From an uncultured delta proteobacterium (GTDB lineage Bacteria; Desulfobacterota; Binatia; UBA9968): a stretch of 64,000 nt of DNA. Positions within the stretch are counted from its first letter, which is position 1. Each line of letters begins with the position of its first letter. The stretch covers positions 566,257 to 630,256 of the forward strand of contig CAWJZV010000030.1 of NCBI GenBank assembly GCA_963847445.1, in the 5' to 3' direction. Below are positions 32,881 to 44,711 of this stretch, in pieces. Below the pieces are notes generated by a model. The model was not told the origin of the DNA and did not search any database. It worked only from the letters and a program-made list of their open reading frames with translations. A program made the translations under genes and the position numbers.

Positions 32881-34548
32881 ATGGCTCATGATGTAGTCAT
32901 CAAAAACGGCAACGTCATCGACGGCAGCGGCAGTCCGGCTTTCCAAGCGGATGTCGCCATCGATGGCGATAAGATCACCGCCATCGGCAAAGATCTCGGC
33001 GGCGGCAAGAAAGAGATCGACGCCAAAGGGCATGTGGTCGCGCCCGGTTTCGTCGATTCGCATACCCATATGGACGCCTTCGTCGTCCAGTATCCCAACG
33101 GCAATCCGGTGGTGAACTATGGCGTCACCAGCATCGTCATCGGCGATTGCGGCGCCTCCTGCGCGCCGGTGCCGCCCAAACCCGAGCCGCGCAAAGTCCT
33201 GGTCGAATACCTGCGCCGCGTGCTCGACAAGTATGTCGACGACAAGGATTGGCGCTGGAATACCTTCGGCGAATACTTGAATTACCTCGAAGGCAAGATC
33301 GCCATCAACTGTCTGCCGCTCATGCCCCACTCACCGGTGCGTTTGACGGTCATGGGCGAGGCCGCCTACCAGCGCGCCGCCAATCCCGAAGAACTGAACG
33401 CCATGAAGGCGATGGTGCGCGAAGGCATGGAATTGGGCGCCATCGGTTTCTCCACCAGCCCGCGCGGCGGCCCGGCGATTCACGCCGGCACCCCCAGCAC
33501 CTTTGCCGAGCATGACGAGATCATCGAGCTCGCCAACGTCGCCGCCGAGTACAAGGGCTGTTTTCAATTCAACGGCTTCCAGATGGTCCTGCAGCCGGAA
33601 TCCGGCGTGCCGGAAATGTTGACCAAGATCAAAACCCTGCAGATCGGCAATGAATTCCGTGTCCGTCCCGGCGCCAAAGCCGCCGGGCATGGAGTCGATC
33701 AAATACATGGAAGAGGCGCAGAAGCGCGGCCAAGATATTTACGGCGTGGTCATTCCGTACCAGCATATTCGCCGCTTCAATCTCGACGACTGCTTCCTGT
33801 TCAACGGCCTGCCGACCTGGGAGTCGATCAAAAATTCCAGCGATCTCAAAGCCAAGCTCGGCGACAAAGAGACGCGCCGCAAGATCGAGCAAGAGCGCAT
33901 CGCCTGCCAGGGCAAGCTCGAGTTCCCCGAATGGCATGGCTGGGATCGTGTCGTATTCGAGCATCTGGAAAAACCTGAGCTCAAGAAACTCGAACAAAAG
34001 AACATGGCCGAAGTCGCCCGCCTCACCGAAAAACAGCCGGTGGACGCCTTCTTCGACATCTGGATCGAGGACAACTTCAATTCGCAGATCCTTTATCATG
34101 GCCTCGCCAACGCCCATCCGGAACTGCTGGCCGAGATGATCAAGTCCGACACCAGCTTGATCGGCACCGATGTCGGCGCGCATCTCGATCGCTTCTTCTG
34201 GCACGGCGCGCCGACCAAGATCCTGGGCTACTGGCGCCGCGAGAAAAATCTCATGAGCTTGGAAGCCGCGGTGCACAAGACTGACCGGCTATCCGGCGCA
34301 AGAAACTGCGCCTCAACCGCGGCCTGGTGAACGAAGGGCTGCCGGCGGACATGACGGTCTTCGATGCCGACAAGATCGACGATCTGGTCAGCAAGAAGCT
34401 CCCTGACTGGTCGACGCCCAGGAAGTGAAACGCCACCCGCCTGGAATGAAAGCCGTGCTGGTCAACGGCAGCACCGTCGTCGAAGACGGCCAGTGCCTGG
34501 ACGTATTCCCCGGCAAAGTGCGCCGCCAGCAACTCTGTATTGAATTAG
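32881..34548 (+). CDS. N-acyl-D-amino-acid deacylase-like amidohydrolase (frameshifts)
   Basis: IKNGNVIDGSGSP, VAPGFVDSHTHMD, GAIGFSTS, GTDVGAH, VLVNG..FPGK; end approximate. Confidence 0.85.
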
Positions 34549-34669
34549 CATCACCGCACCCGCGGTCGGTCGCGATCTCTTATCCCTTCGCCTCACCCTC
34601 TCCCGTTCCGGGAGAGGGCCGAGGCGAGAGGATTTTTAATTTCAGTTTTAAGAAGGATCACGAGTAACT

Positions 34670-35670
34670 ATGAAAGCCTGCGCCATCGACGTTCATCACC
34701 ATTACGTGCCGGAGAGTTTGCTGGAAGAGGCGAAGAAGCGCGGCCAACATCTCGGCGTTACCTTGACCGAGAAAGACGGCCATCGCTCGCTTTCTTTCGC
34801 CGGCGGACCGCCATTCCAATTGCATCCGGAGTTGCCGGCGATCGACCAGCGGCTCAAGATGATGGAGGACTCCAAACTCGCCATGGCGGCGTTGGAAGCC
34901 CACACCGCGACCTTGGGCTACCGCCTCACCGGCGAGCAGGGCGAGAACTGGTGCAATGTCTACAACGACGGCATCGCCGAGTTGGTAAAAAAATATCCCG
35001 ACCGCTTCGTCGGCATGGCATCGGTGCCGCTGCAAGATCCAGCGCGCGCGGCCAAGGTGCTGGAGCGCGCCGTGCGCGATCTTAACTTGCGCGGCGGCTA
35101 TATCGGCACCAACGTCAACGGCAATTACTATGACTACCGACGAGTTCGATCCCTTCTGGGCCAAGGCGCAAGAGCTCGACGTCATGATCGTCATGCATCC
35201 CGAAGACGTCGCCGGCGCCGACAAAGATGAATCCCTACGGCTTGAAGCTCATCTGCGGCAACCCCGCCGACAGCGCGCTCTGCTTCGGCTACATGACTTA
35301 CAGCGGCGTGTTCGACCGCTTTCCCAATCTCAAACTCTGCATCCTCCACGGCGGCGGTTTCTTCCCCTATCATCTCGGCCGCTTCGACCAGGGATGGCAG
35401 GTCCGCGCCGGCGCCCGCGCCGCCAAGGCCAAGATGGCGCCGAGCTCTTATCTAAAAAACATCTACTACGACAACATGATCTACCGCCTCGACACGATCA
35501 AATACCTGATCGGCCTCGGCGGCATCGACCACATCATGGTCGGCACCGACTACCCCTACGATCTCGGCGATTGGGACGCGGCCAAGAAAGTCGAACAGCT
35601 CGATATCCCGGAAGCCGACAAGATGCTGATGCTGGAAGGCAACGCCAAGAAGCTTCTGCGAATTAAATAG
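34670..35670 (+). CDS. Amidohydrolase family 2 (ACMSD-like), frameshifted
   Basis: IDVHHH, ASVPLQDP, MHP, LHGGGFFPY, VGTDYPYD. Confidence 0.88.
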
Positions 35671-35690
35671 CGACAACTCATATCTCGAAA

Positions 35691-35727
35691 ACAAAGGGCA
35701 GGCGTGGCAATCACGTCTGCCCTTTGT
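35691..35727 (+). terminator. Strong hairpin after the amidohydrolase (probable terminator)
   Basis: acaaagggcaggcgtg-gcaat-cacgtctgccctttgt. Confidence 0.6.
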
Positions 35728-35758
35728 CATTTCGGCGTGTCATGCGAAAATTCACTGT

Positions 35759-36036
35759 CACCGCGAAGGCACGAAGGACACGAAGGTTTCGCATGGATCA
35801 TTTCCGAACTTCGTGATCTTCGTGCCTCCTTCGAAAATACATGTGCGCGATGATCTGCGCGTCGATGAACGACTGCATCTGTTCCGTCATACCGGCGAAA
35901 GCCGGTATCCATCCCCCTCCCACCCCTGGATGCCGGCCTGCGCCGGCATGACGAGTCAAAGGAACATGTGCTGCTGGGAGGGTTGCAATTTCATATCCGT
36001 GGACGAGCGTAAGCTCATGAATCACTTCGTGGTGAA
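35759..36036. mobile_element. CACGAAG/CTTCGTG hairpin repeat carrying a ~197-bp nested non-coding element (35828-36024)
   Basis: Right arm is split between duplicated CT; the insert matches 44733-44939 at both termini and contains a CGTC-REP doublet. Confidence 0.7.
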
Positions 36037-36070
36037 CAAGTCTTAACGGGACACTAAAATGCCGCGAAAC

Positions 36071-36871
36071 TTACTGTCCACCCCGGACTTCCGGGCGAAA
36101 CCTTCCATGACCGCGCCATCAACCTTGCCGGTATATTGCGTGCCGCCGGCAGCTAAATGCGATTTGGTCGCCACGCAGCCTGCCCGCTATCGGCACGGCG
36201 CCGTTGCCGCTCGTCAACGTGCCGGAAAAGCTTTGATAGTTTTGCTTAATGACGAGCTCGCCTTGGGGCAGTTTCCACACGCCGGCGACTTTCGCCGGCA
36301 CGACCCAGAGACGGCCGGAGCAAAACTTTTCGCAGTTATCCGAAGTCGTAAAGCTCTGGTCGGGATTCCAGTCGCCGATGGCAAAGGTGTTGGCGACGAT
36401 GCGCGCGCCGGCTTTAAGCGCCAGCAGCTTCGGCCGCAATCGGATATTCATTTCCGGCGTCAGAAACAATACCACGACGCTGGCTTTCGAGATGTCCGCT
36501 GTCGAACACGTCACCGCGCTCGAATGTCGCGCGATCGCTGACCCGCTCCTTGGCCGCCAGGCTTTTCGAAAGTTCGACCAGCTCGCCGTTGTACTCGATG
36601 CCATGGGCGCGCGCGCCGCGCTTCGCCGCGGCGATGACGTTGCGCCCATCGCCGGAACCGAGATCGACGACGTAGTCTTGTGGCGTGACTGCCGCGACAT
36701 CGAGCATTTTCTGCACCATTGACTCGGGATTGCCGACCCAGACGACATCTTTACCGAGCTGGCCAGACTTGGGTTGGTAGGATTCACCAGCGAGGGATAG
36801 AGAAAAGCCCGCGAAGTCAAGACCAGCACGCCGGCACCGGCCTGAACTCGCCATCGTCGATCCTCGATCAT
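36071..36871 (-). CDS. Class I SAM-dependent methyltransferase, paralog 3 (frameshifts)
   Basis: VVDLGSGDGR, GIEYN, LRPKLL, LWVVPAKVAG. Confidence 0.83.
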
Positions 36872-36903
36872 CTATCCTCGATCCACGAATTTGTACGAGC
36901 GGA

Positions 36904-37727
36904 TTACTTACCCCGGCTGGCGGACCAGGTGCCGCCGGAACTCAAAGTTCCTTGCATACTGCCGCCGCTCACCTGGCCGGCGTAAACCACGCCGCCGGCA
37001 TTGAAGAGAATCTGATCGCCCTTGAGCTTGCCGTTGGCGATCGGCGTGACATCGTTGCCAACTTTCAACGTGCCGCTAATGAATTGATAACTCTGCTGGA
37101 GCGTCAATTCTCCCTGCGCCAGTTTCCACGTCCCGGCAACCTTTGCCGGCACGATCCACAGGAGCGCCGTGCACCAGTTGACGCATTCGCTATCGAGGCT
37201 GTCGCTGCCGTCCTCGCGCCACTCGCCCATGGTGAAAGAGTTGGAAACGATGCGCGTGCCGGGTTTCAAGTCGAGGATCTTCGGCCGCAGTTTGAGATTG
37301 ATCTGCGGCAGGAGAAACATCGTGATCACCGAGGCCTTGGAAAAGTCGCTCTCGAACAAATCTTCTTTGGCGAAGGTCGCCCGCTCGCTCGACGCCGGCT
37401 TTGGCGGCGTTGCGTTTCGACAGCTCGACCATCTCCGGGTTGTATTCGATGCCGTGGGCGCGGGCGCCGCGCTTGGCCGCCATGATGACCGTGCGGCCGT
37501 CGCCCGAGCCGAGATCGATGACGTAATCGCTCGCCGTGACGTTGCCCAGGTTGAGCATCTTTTCGACCAGCTCGTCCGGCGTCGGCACCCAGACCACATC
37601 TTTTCCCGCCTGACCGACGCGCGGTTCATAGCCGCGCGCTGATTGGGCGCTAGATTCGCGCGCGCTTAAGCCAATCAGAATTATAAAGACGAACCGATAC
37701 AACAGACGAGATCTTCATCAAGTTCAT
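36904..37727 (-). CDS. Class I SAM-dependent methyltransferase, paralog 2 (frameshifts)
   Basis: KDVVWVPTP, VIDLGSGDGR, LWIVPAKVAGTW. Confidence 0.85.
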
Positions 37728-37752
37728 ATCCCGTTCCTGATTAGAAAGATTA

Positions 37753-38555
37753 CTATTTACCCGCCCGGGTCGCTTTCCAACTGCCACCGCCCTTGACCAC
37801 GCCTTCGATGGAGTTGCCGTTGACCCGGCCGGAGTATTCGACGCCGCCGGCACTGAAGCTAATCTGGTCGCCGTTGAGCTTGCCGTTGGCGATGGGACTG
37901 GACTTGAGCGTGCCGGTAACCATCTGGTAGGTCTGCTTCAGCGTCAACTCACCCTGGGAAGTTTGCCAGGTGCCTTCGACTTTCGCCGGCACGATCCACA
38001 GATGAGCGGTGCAATAGGACGCGCATCCCTCTTTGACGTTGGCGGTTTCATCCGCGCTCCAATCGCCCATGGTGAACGAATTGGACACGATGCGCGTGCC
38101 CGGTTTCAGATCGAGGATCTTCGGCCGCAGGCGAATGTTGATATCCGGCAACAAGAACATGGTGATCACTTGCGCCTGGGAGAAATCGCTCTCGAATAAA
38201 TCGGCTTTGACGAAACTCGCCTTGTCGCTGACGCCTTCCTTGGCGGCGTTGCGTTTGGACAGCTCGACCATGTCGGGATTGTATTCGATGCCGAGCGCTT
38301 TGGCGCCGCGCTTGGCGGCGGTGATCACCGTGCGGCCGTCGCCGGAGCCGAGATCGATGACGTAATCCTTCGCCGTCACCTTCGCCATGTCGAGCATCTT
38401 GTCGACCAACGCCTGCGGCGTCGGCACCCAGATGACATCCTTGCCTTCTTGGCCGACTTGCGGTTGGAACTCCTGAGCCGGCTTGGCCGGCATAAGAACT
38501 GCCGGCAAGCAGGATAAAAATACTGAAGAGCTGCGAAAATCATCGATGGTTTCAT
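37753..38555 (-). CDS. Class I SAM-dependent methyltransferase, paralog 1
   Basis: KDVIWVPTP, VIDLGSGDGR, LWIVPAKVEGTW; start approximate. Confidence 0.87.
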
Positions 38556-38765
38556 TGGCACTCCTTAAAATGATCGTTGCTTCAAACGTCGCACGGCGTA
38601 AATAAAATGTCCAGCACAATGCCCTGTCGGCGCCGGCCATGATCGATGCCATGCCATGCGATCGCTTGCTTGCTTCGCCGACTCCATCGATGATAAAAAA
38701 TTGACGCGACGCACAGAACGGCGAGTTCGCACCGCACCAGATCAATTTGAATTGGAGACCATTCC

Positions 38766-39922
38766 ATGCGCCAACGATCCGACTACCCGACCTTTTCCGA
38801 CGACGAACTCAAGCGGCGCCATCAGGCTTTCTACGGTTTGATGGAGCAGGAAGGCGTCGACGCCGTGCTGATCTACGGCAGCGGCCGTTACTGCCTCGGA
38901 TATCTATTGGCTGAGCGATTGGCCGAGCAGCCGCGAAGCCTATCTGCTGATGCAAGACCGGCAAAGCGCCGGTGATCTTGATGCAATTGTTCAATCACTA
39001 CCCGATGGCGCGGGTGATGTCGTGGATCGAAGACCTGCGCTGGGCCGGCGCCAACACGACCAATAGCGTCGTCGATCTCTTCGCCGAGCGCGGTTTAGAG
39101 TCGAAAAAGATCGGCCTGGTCGGTGCGATTTCCTACCAAGTCTATAACCGGCTGCGCGAGCAGTATCCCAACGCCAGCTTCGTCGATCTCGGCGGCAAGC
39201 TGCGCATGATGCGGACGATCAAGAGCTCGGCCGAGATCGAACGCATCCAGCTCGCCTCCAAGCTGACCGATCAATCGATCCAAGCGCTGGCCGAAGGGCT
39301 CAGAGAAGGTATGCGCGAAGACGAGATTCCGGCGCTCATCGAACCGGTCTATCTCAAGGCCGGCGGCTACGCCGGCATTCACTTCATCAGCAGCATGCCC
39401 ATGCGCAGCCCCGACTTCTGCGTGCCGTCGCAATTCCATTCCAATCGCAAGCTGCAAAAAGGCGACGCCTTGATCAGCGAAATCAGCGGCGCCTACTCCG
39501 GTTACAGCGGGCAGATTCACCGGACCTTTTCCATCGGCGAAGGGCCGACGCCGGAGTGGCAGAAAATGCACGACGCCGCCATGGAAGCTTTCGATGTATT
39601 GTCCAAGGTGATTAAAGACGGCGCGACGACTACCGAAGCCGAAGAAGCCGCCGAGATCATCCACCGGCGCGGCTACAGCACCTACGACGACCTGGTCCAC
39701 GGCGTCAACCAATATCCGCCGATCTTCCAAACCAAGACGCGCAAACGCCACGACTCCCGCGAAATCACCTTCCGCGAAAACATGGTCATCGTCATCCAGC
39801 CCAACCTGATGACCGACGACGAGAAAATGGGCCTGCAATTCGGCGAGACGCTGGTGGTCAAGAAAAACGGCTGCGAGAGTTTGAACGCCTACCCGCGACA
39901 ATGGGTGACGTGCAAGGGCTAA
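38766..39922 (+). CDS. M24 family (Xaa-Pro peptidase/creatinase-fold) hydrolase, frameshifts near N-terminus
   Basis: ELKRRH..MEQEGVDAVLI, RTIKSSAEI, RTF, HGV, FRENMVIVIQP. Confidence 0.8.
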
Positions 39923-39929
39923 TTCTTCG

Positions 39930-39995
39930 CTCCACCACTCCTTTACTCCATAGCTACCGACCGTATGAAGCGTTGGAGTGATGGAGTATTGGACT
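39930..39995. repeat. CACTCC/GGAGT repeat hairpin
   Basis: ctccaccactcctttactcca ... tggagtgatggagtattgga; related arrays at 23768-23804 and 49929-50010. Confidence 0.6.
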
Positions 39996-40005
39996 AATGG
40001 AAAGA

Positions 40006-40885
40006 TCACCGCACCAGCGAGATCACCACAGTTCCGCTGACACCACGCAGACCGCGCCGATGATGGTTTGCCAGCGTCAGGCTTTCAATGTCGCGCAGAA
40101 ACAACCAGGTGCCGAGCACGATCCACAGCGGGCTCGTGGCGACGATCGGCGAGACCACGACGACGTGACCGACGCTCAGCGCCAGGATCACCAGCAGGAT
40201 GCCCAGAGTTTCAAAAGTGCCGGCTAGAAGAAACGGCCCAAGGGCACGCCGGTCCCAGACTGGCTTCTGTTTTTGTCCCGGCAGCAACGTCGCACTGGCC
40301 AACCAAGGCAGCGCGACGATGCCGATCACCGCGGCAAGATAGAGCGGCTCGTTGGCGAGACCGAGCGTGTAGCGGCGCAACGGATGGCTGACACCGGCGA
40401 GCACGGCGGCGCCCAACGGATAGGCTAGATGCCACCAACGAAACGATGGCGCGCGGTTATCCGCCTGCCATGAGATCAGCGTCACGCCGGCGACGATCAA
40501 GAGTCGTCCCGGCGATCACCGACAAACTAACCGGCTCGCCGAGGAAGAAGATCGCCAGCGAGGTGCTGAACAGCGGATGGGAACCGCGCAAAGTCGTTCC
40601 CGCCGCCGCGCCGACCAGATGAATGCCGGCATAGGTGAGGAAACGCAGCACCGGCTGCAACAAACCGCTTAAGAAAAACAAAAACAGCACCCACCAGGAG
40701 ACTTCCGGAATGCCGCGAAACATCAGCAGCGCGATCCACAACGTCACCGCGTGAATCGCCACCGACACCAGCGTCACGGTGATCGGCGTCGAGTAACGCA
40801 AGCCGCGCTTGGCCGCGATCCCCGAAATTGCGTAGGACAGCGCGGCGCCGAGGGCGATCAGTTGCGGCGGGATATCGGCGAGCAT
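40006..40885 (-). CDS. DMT/EamA family transporter (frameshift ~40500)
   Basis: Two EamA-like hydrophobic repeats; PLFSTSLAIFFLGE, VVSPIVATSPL. Confidence 0.85.
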
Positions 40886-40976
40886 CGAGAAGTCGTGGTC
40901 AGAAAAGTGGAGCGAATAGTTTTAGTGACGCGCATTCAATGGTTATATCTGAACCGCAGCGATATGCCAGATGAGT

Positions 40977-41007
40977 TGTTGGGTTACGCTGCGCTAACCC
41001 AACCTAC
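40977..41007 (-). repeat. GTAG-type REP
   Basis: Minus strand gtaggttgggttagcgcagcgtaacccaac. Confidence 0.65.
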
Positions 41008-41022
41008 AGGCAGGCGTCCATC

Positions 41023-41113
41023 CGTCATACCGGCGTAGGCCGGTAATCCATCTTCGCCTGACGACTCGCAGGCTAGACAGAAAACCTGGATTCCGGCCTG
41101 CGCCGGAATGACG
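41023..41113. repeat. CGTC-type REP doublet
   Basis: cgtcataccggcgtaggccggtaatcca ... tggattccggcctgcgccggaatgacg. Confidence 0.8.
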
Positions 41114-41192
41114 AAAAGAAAAGCCGACATCGAACGGACAGATTCTAAACCTCGAGAATCGAGTTCCGACGCGCCAATTTTCGCCAACCGCG

Positions 41193-41222
41193 TTGACAGA
41201 CTTCGACTCACTCGGATACGTT
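41193..41222 (+). promoter_or_regulatory. Putative sigma70 promoter of the MFS pair
   Basis: TTGACA-N18-TACGTT about 45 bp upstream of the ATG. Confidence 0.45.
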
Positions 41223-41267
41223 GAAAACTCAATCGCCACTGCCGCAACTCTCACAACCGATACACCG

Positions 41268-42536
41268 ATGACCGGCAAACTCACAGCGCAGCTCAATGGC
41301 CTATTCTACGGCTGGCGCATGGTCGCCGCCGGCTGCGCCATGCGCATGCTCGGCGGCGGCTTTCATCTCTACGGCTTTACGATTTTCTTTCTGCCGATCA
41401 CCAACGAACTCGGTCTGTCGCGGGCGGCGACTTCGCTGGTTTTCTCCCTGGCGCGCGCCGAGGGCGCCATCGAAGGACCGCTCGCCGGTTACTTCATCGA
41501 CCGCTACGGCCCGCGGCCGATGATGCTCGCCGGCATTATCTTGTCCGGCTTGGGCTACATGTTGCTCGCCACGGTAGATAGCTACGCGGCGTTTCTGATC
41601 GTTTATCTGGGCGTGATCTCGCTGGCGTTTTCCGCCGGCTTCATGCATTCGCCGATGGTGCTGGCCAACTCTTGGTTTATCCGCCGCCGCGCCATGGCGA
41701 TGACGCTGATCAGCAGCGCCATCGGTATCGGCGGCACGCTGATCACGCCGGTCCTCGCCTTCACCGTCGCTCAATGGGGCTGGCGCTACGGTGCGTTTAT
41801 CGCCGGCATTGGCCTGATCGTCACCGGCGTTCCCGTCGCGCTTTACGTCAAGCGCTCACCCGAATCGATGGGTTTGCTCCCCGACGGCGTGTCGCCAACG
41901 TCTGAGCAAGAGCGCCAAGCGCCAAACAATGGCGCAGCGACTGCCGAACCGGAGCGCGAATTCAACCTGAAGCAGGCGATGAAATCCGCCGCCTTCTGGA
42001 AACTAATTCTAGCGACCACAACCCGCGTCGGCGTGTTCAATTCGATCACCGTCCACTTCGTGCCGATCATGGTCTGGCGCGGCGCCAGCGAAGCCAAAGC
42101 CGCGGCGCTGCTGGCGACCCTGGCGTTGATGAGCCTGCCGTCGCACTTGTTTGTCGGTTGGATCGCCGACCGGGTCAACAAACCCAGACTGATGGCGGCC
42201 TGCATGTTGATCGGCGCCGGGGCGGTGGCGATCTTGGCCTACGGCGATGGCGAGTGGGCGCTGTGGACGTTTACGATTCTTTTCACCTTCGTCGAAGCGC
42301 TGTTCCCGGTGAGCTGGGCGACAGTCGGAGACTATTTCGGCAGAAAACATTTTGCCACGATCCGCGGCAGCATGAGCTTTTTTTATCTCTGGGGTCCGGC
42401 ACTGGGCCCGGTCATCACCGGCTACGTCTACGACCGCCATCAGAGTTACGCGCCCTTGATGAACGCGTACATCGCCATCGCGCTGGTCGCCGGCTTGCTC
42501 TACGCTTCGCTGCGCCAACCGAAATTGCCGGCCTAA
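41268..42536 (+). CDS. MFS transporter
   Basis: FYGWRMV, GYFIDRYGPR, DYFGRKHFATIRG, about 12 hydrophobic segments. Confidence 0.92.
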   Translation: MTGKLTAQLNGLFYGWRMVAAGCAMRMLGGGFHLYGFTIFFLPITNELGLSRAATSLVFSLARAEGAIEGPLAGYFIDRYGPRPMMLAGIILSGLGYMLLATVDSYAAFLIVYLGVISLAFSAGFMHSPMVLANSWFIRRRAMAMTLISSAIGIGGTLITPVLAFTVAQWGWRYGAFIAGIGLIVTGVPVALYVKRSPESMGLLPDGVSPTSEQERQAPNNGAATAEPEREFNLKQAMKSAAFWKLILATTTRVGVFNSITVHFVPIMVWRGASEAKAAALLATLALMSLPSHLFVGWIADRVNKPRLMAACMLIGAGAVAILAYGDGEWALWTFTILFTFVEALFPVSWATVGDYFGRKHFATIRGSMSFFYLWGPALGPVITGYVYDRHQSYAPLMNAYIAIALVAGLLYASLRQPKLPA

Positions 42537-42545
42537 GAGCCGCTG

Positions 42546-43825
42546 ATGCTGCGCCACATTTTCGCCAAACTCTCGGGGTTATATTTCGGCTGGCGCATGA
42601 TCGCCGTCAGTTGCGCCATCCGCGTCCTCGGCGGCGGTCTGCACGCCTATGGACTGTCGGTGTTTTTTCTGCCGGTGACCCATGAACTGGGACTGACGCG
42701 CACGGCGACTTCGTTGGTATTTTCCCTCGCCCGCGCCCAGGGCGCCATCGAAGGCCCCGTCGCCGGCTATTGCATCGATCGCTTCGGCCCGCGCCCGGTG
42801 ATCGCCATCGCCGTCGCGCTCGCCGGCATCGGCTATCTCATGCTCGCCGGCGTGCACAGCTACGCCATGTTGCTGGTCGTCTACATGGGCATCATCTCGC
42901 TCTCCTACCAAGCCGGCTTCATGGACGCCACCATGGCGCTGGCCAATACCTGGTTCATCCGCAAGCGCGCCCTGGCCATGTCGATCACCAGCGGGTCCAT
43001 CGCTCTCGGCGGCGCGCTGCTCACGCCGCTACTCGCCTATGCGGTGCACAGCTGGGGCTGGCGCACAGCCTCCATCGCTGCCGGCATCGCATTCTTGCTG
43101 GCCGGCTTGCCGCTGTCGCTGTTGATCCATCGCTCGCCGGAAAGTCTCGGCCTGTTGCCCGATGGCGCCACACCGGCCGATAAGACCAAGCCGCAACGGT
43201 GAAACAGAATCAGCCGCGCAAACCGCGAGCGAATCCGAGTTCACCCTGGGCGAGACTTTGCGCACCTACCAGTTTTGGCTGCTCGGCGTCGCCACCAGCT
43301 TGCGCGTGATCTGTTCCAGCGCCGTGCTGGTCCACTTCGTGCCGATCCTGGTGTGGAAGGGTTACAGCGAACCCGAGGGCGCATTCTATCTGGGCGTCAT
43401 CGCTTTTTGCGGCATGCCGACCCATTTGCTGATCGGTTGGCTGGGCGATCGTCTCTACAAACCCTGGCTCATGGCCGGCTTCATGGTACTCGGCAGCCTA
43501 TCGGTTTATTTACTTATTCGAAGGCACGCAGAGCTGGCAGCTGTGGATCGCCGTGTTGCTCTTCAGTGTTTTCGAAGGTCTATTTCCGGTTACCTGGGCG
43601 ACCGTCGGCGATTTCTTTGGGCGAAAAAACTTCGCCAAGATTCGCGGCAGCATGAGTTTTCTCTACACCTGGGGCAGCGTCCTCGGCCCGGTGCTCGCCG
43701 GCGCGATCTACGATCGCACGGCTAGCTACGCGGCACTGTTGTGGATCCTCTTCGCCACCTGCTGGATCACCGCTGCCCTTTACGCCATGATGTTGCAACC
43801 CAAACCTCGGGCCCGGCTCTCTTGA
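42546..43825 (+). CDS. MFS transporter paralog (frameshifts)
   Basis: GYCIDRFGPR, DFFGRKNFAKIRG; three ORFs join. Confidence 0.88.
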
Positions 43826-43975
43826 CGAGCTGTACGCCGATGGCTACGGCGCAATATTTGGCGCATTTTCGGACCCGCACCGCGTCCGAACTCATGGGGC
43901 ACGGAAGGTCGACCAACAGACTTGCGAAAAAAACTTGACAACTCCAGCCCAAATCGCGAGGATATAGCCACTTTC

Positions 43976-44563
43976 ATGCCCATTTTCACGCCATCGAGAA
44001 CGATCTCGACGCCGACAAGCCGCCCAGCGAGCGCGCTGCCGCTCCTGCTTGTCATTCTATTGTATAGTTTCGGCTGCTCATCGTCGGACTCGCCCAATAC
44101 CGGGCTATTTTCCATGCCGCAATCACTCAGCGGTAGCGCCACGCCGGCCGCGGCCCGTTCGCTCTCCTCCATGGAAGCGATCAGCCGCGGCGTCGCCGCC
44201 GTGACACCGCCGGGGGCGGCGTTGAAGGATGTTTACTATCAATTTGACAGCGTCGAGCTGGAAGGCGAAGCGATCGAGATCTTGAAGAAAAACGCCGAGT
44301 GGATGAAAGCCAATCCGAAAGCTCGCGTCGAAGTCGAAGGCCACTGCGACGATGTCGGCTCGGCGGAATACAATCTCGCCCTCGGCGCCAAACGCGCCCA
44401 ATCCGCCAAGGACTTTCTCATCAGCCAAGGCATCGCCGCCGAGCGCTTGGTAACCATCAGCTACGGCAAAGAAGCTCCCGCCTGCTTTGATCTCGCCGAA
44501 GACTGCCGCGTGCGCAACCGCCGCGCCCGCTTCGTCATGTTCACCGAACTGCCAACCTCGTAA
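43976..44563 (+). CDS. Peptidoglycan-associated lipoprotein (Pal/OmpA C-terminal domain)
   Basis: Lipobox-like SFGC, VEGHCD, YNLALGAKRA, ISYGKEAP, NRRA. Confidence 0.87.
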   Translation: MPIFTPSRTISTPTSRPASALPLLLVILLYSFGCSSSDSPNTGLFSMPQSLSGSATPAAARSLSSMEAISRGVAAVTPPGAALKDVYYQFDSVELEGEAIEILKKNAEWMKANPKARVEVEGHCDDVGSAEYNLALGAKRAQSAKDFLISQGIAAERLVTISYGKEAPACFDLAEDCRVRNRRARFVMFTELPTS

Positions 44564-44576
44564 ATCCAAGAAAAGT

Positions 44577-44616
44577 CCGTTCCAGTCGTTCCAACCGTTC
44601 CAGCCGTTCAAATCGT
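44577..44616. repeat. 9-bp tandem repeat (CGTTCCAGC-like)
   Basis: Reverse complement matches 55388-55428 (aacgatttgaacggc..gaacgactggaac). Confidence 0.7.
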
Positions 44617-44711
44617 TGACGGAAAGAGATTTCGGAATCGTCAACTAATAACAACGCGCAAAGGATATTGATTTTAACGGGTCTCGATTGACCGCGCCCT
44701 GTTTACTCGTA

